This document shows positions 30,701 through 32,000 of a DNA stretch of 32,000 nucleotides, one piece after another. The DNA comes from Chitinophagaceae bacterium (GTDB lineage Bacteria; Bacteroidota; Bacteroidia; Chitinophagales; Chitinophagaceae). Position 1 is the first letter of the stretch. Every line of letters begins with the position of its first letter. A program made the position numbers and the translations under genes. Under the pieces are notes generated by a model. It was not told where the DNA came from, searched no databases, and worked only from the letters and a program-made list of their open reading frames with translations. The stretch covers positions 1 to 32,000 of the forward strand of contig JAMLGT010000016.1 of NCBI GenBank assembly GCA_023957755.1, written 5' to 3'.

Positions 30701-30879
30701 ATATCGGCTTTGGTCTCCTTATGGGTAGGAGTACCCGAAAAATGGATGCCCGGTGCAGATGTGGCTCCTGCCTGAAGACACGTGCCTGCAATTAATAAGG
30801 CCGAAAATCCTAAACTTCTCAGATTTCTCCTGAGAAGCAAGGCCTGCGTGTGTGCTTTTACTGATACAATTTGTACCAT
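27736..30879 (-). CDS. SusC/RagA-family TonB-dependent transporter (no STN domain)
   Basis: The ATG at 30879 gives [39 protein letters not shown]. A carboxypeptidase-regulatory-like domain follows ([37 protein letters not shown]), then a plug ([49 protein letters not shown]). The barrel ends in [12 protein letters not shown]. The track's TTG at 30948 overlaps the candidate promoter box. Confidence 0.9.
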   Translation of the reverse strand: [1047 protein letters not shown]

Positions 30880-30946
30880 ATCAATTAGTATTTGTTTTGA
30901 AGAATTATTTAGATTGACGTTGCTTTTCGGTTTTTCAGAACCAGAC

Positions 30947-30954
30947 AAACATAG
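30947..30954 (-). promoter_or_regulatory. Candidate -7 promoter box (TAtgTTTG on the minus strand) for the SusC operon
   Basis: Plus-strand caaacata at 30947-30954 reverse-complements to TATGTTTG, which matches the Bacteroidota TAnnTTTG consensus. It lies about 68 nt upstream of ATG 30879. I see no clear -33 element. Confidence 0.25.
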
Positions 30955-31323
30955 GGTGTATTTTTCATATTGGGGATACGAATCATTATCGGCTTCTCTT
31001 TCCTGTTAATACTCTAAAAAAAAACTGGTTACTCGGGTAAAGGTAGCTTTTTTTACAATTCCATGACAATTCCGAATTGCCCTTGAAGACCCAATATTAA
31101 ACGAGTAAAACGTCCTGAATTGGCCTTGCACCGGGTAGTGAAATCTGTTACTATACCAGTACTACCCCCTACTTCCAGACCGACCAGCTAGCTTACTCAA
31201 AATCAGCATTTTTTTTGCCCTCTTTGAAGGTTTATCCTCTCTTGGCCAAAGTTTCAATTTTAGAAAGCATCCTCAGAGAATATGTTTTATTTTGCCTCCC
31301 TTTGGTTTATAACCATTTCGCTA

Positions 31324-32000
31324 ATGGACGCCCCGAAAAATAACTTCTATCCACAAAATCCTGTACCCTCAGGACTACCTGCGTCTATTACGCCTGTACC
31401 TACAGCAATTCCGGGGTTTATTGGCTATACCGAGCGAAGAGGTACGCCAGATAATCCAATCCCATCAAAAAGAATAAATGGTTTTGAAATAGCGGAGCCG
31501 ATAAGAATTCATTCTCCGGAGGAATACGTAAAAATTTTTGGAAGGAGTCCGGCAGCGACAATCCATGTTTCTATCTCAGAAAGCCTTAATCCCACAACCA
31601 AACGTGTGGCTGAAAAATCTATCCATATCGATTGTGATATTCCACCGCTCCATAAAATGTATTATCATCTGCAACTCTACTTTGCCAATGGTGGCGGACC
31701 GTGTTATATCATAAGCGCCGGAACCCTATCAGAAAAAATTATTGAGGCAGATGCACTGATTGCGGGTATAGAGATGGCTGCATCCTGCCAGGAGATTACC
31801 TTACTCACATGTCCGCAAACCGAACAACTGGAGGAAAAAGATGCAACCTCTATTTACCATGCCATGTTACAGCAGGCCGGACAGCTCAAAGACAGGTTCG
31901 CTATTTTAGACTGTTTCGATAATAACCAGGCATTTCGGATGCGAGAAGTTGTCGGGAAAGACTTTCTGCAATTCGGGGCAGTATATCACCCTTATCTGAA
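31324..32000 (+). CDS. Contractile tail sheath protein (phage-tail-like / extracellular contractile injection system), 5' part only
   Basis: Absent from the track because it runs off the edge. My translation is MDAPKNNFYPQNPVPSGLPASITPVPTAIPGFIGYTERRG...HKMYYHLQLYFANGGGPCYIISAG...ITLLTCPQ...YHAMLQQAGQLKDRFAILDC...GAVYHPYL. The AIPxFIGYTE, FxNGGGPCYI and DRFAILD blocks are hallmark N-terminal motifs of tail-sheath family proteins. An in-frame ATG at 31282 is an alternative start. Confidence 0.8.
   Translation, partial: MDAPKNNFYPQNPVPSGLPASITPVPTAIPGFIGYTERRGTPDNPIPSKRINGFEIAEPIRIHSPEEYVKIFGRSPAATIHVSISESLNPTTKRVAEKSIHIDCDIPPLHKMYYHLQLYFANGGGPCYIISAGTLSEKIIEADALIAGIEMAASCQEITLLTCPQTEQLEEKDATSIYHAMLQQAGQLKDRFAILDCFDNNQAFRMREVVGKDFLQFGAVYHPYL

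Overview
The window looks like Bacteroidota chromosome, probably Chitinophagaceae or Sphingobacteriia-like. The evidence is SusC/SusD pairs, an ECF-sigma/FecR/STN-receptor module, a T9SS C-terminal sorting domain and TAnnTTTG-like promoter boxes. Most of it is housekeeping: fabI, recN, a lipoprotein/NIF3/zinc-ribbon operon, grpE-dnaJ, a beta-eliminating lyase with tyrosine phenol-lyase signature residues, OsmC, PadR plus a membrane protein, and a Zn-dependent alcohol dehydrogenase. Two genes run off the window edges and are missing from the ORF track: an STN-SusC-like receptor (1..3143, minus) and a contractile-tail sheath gene (31324..>32000, plus). The main finding is a six-gene minus-strand operon at about 22.1-30.9 kb with polysaccharide utilization locus (PUL) architecture (SusC, SusD, surface lipoproteins). 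Its only enzymes are two secreted S51 cyanophycinase-type peptidases and an isoaspartyl peptidase, and it has no carbohydrate-active enzyme. I read it as a candidate locus for scavenging exogenous cyanophycin. Other points are folE disrupted by at least one frameshift, a 927-aa fusion of a peptidase-MA-like domain, a beta-propeller-like region and an Omp85-like barrel, a T9SS protein with almost no cargo, and the likely start of a contractile injection system or phage-tail-like cluster at the right edge. I found no rRNA, tRNA, CRISPR array or transposase by eye. All homology statements come from motif recognition from memory, not from database searches.
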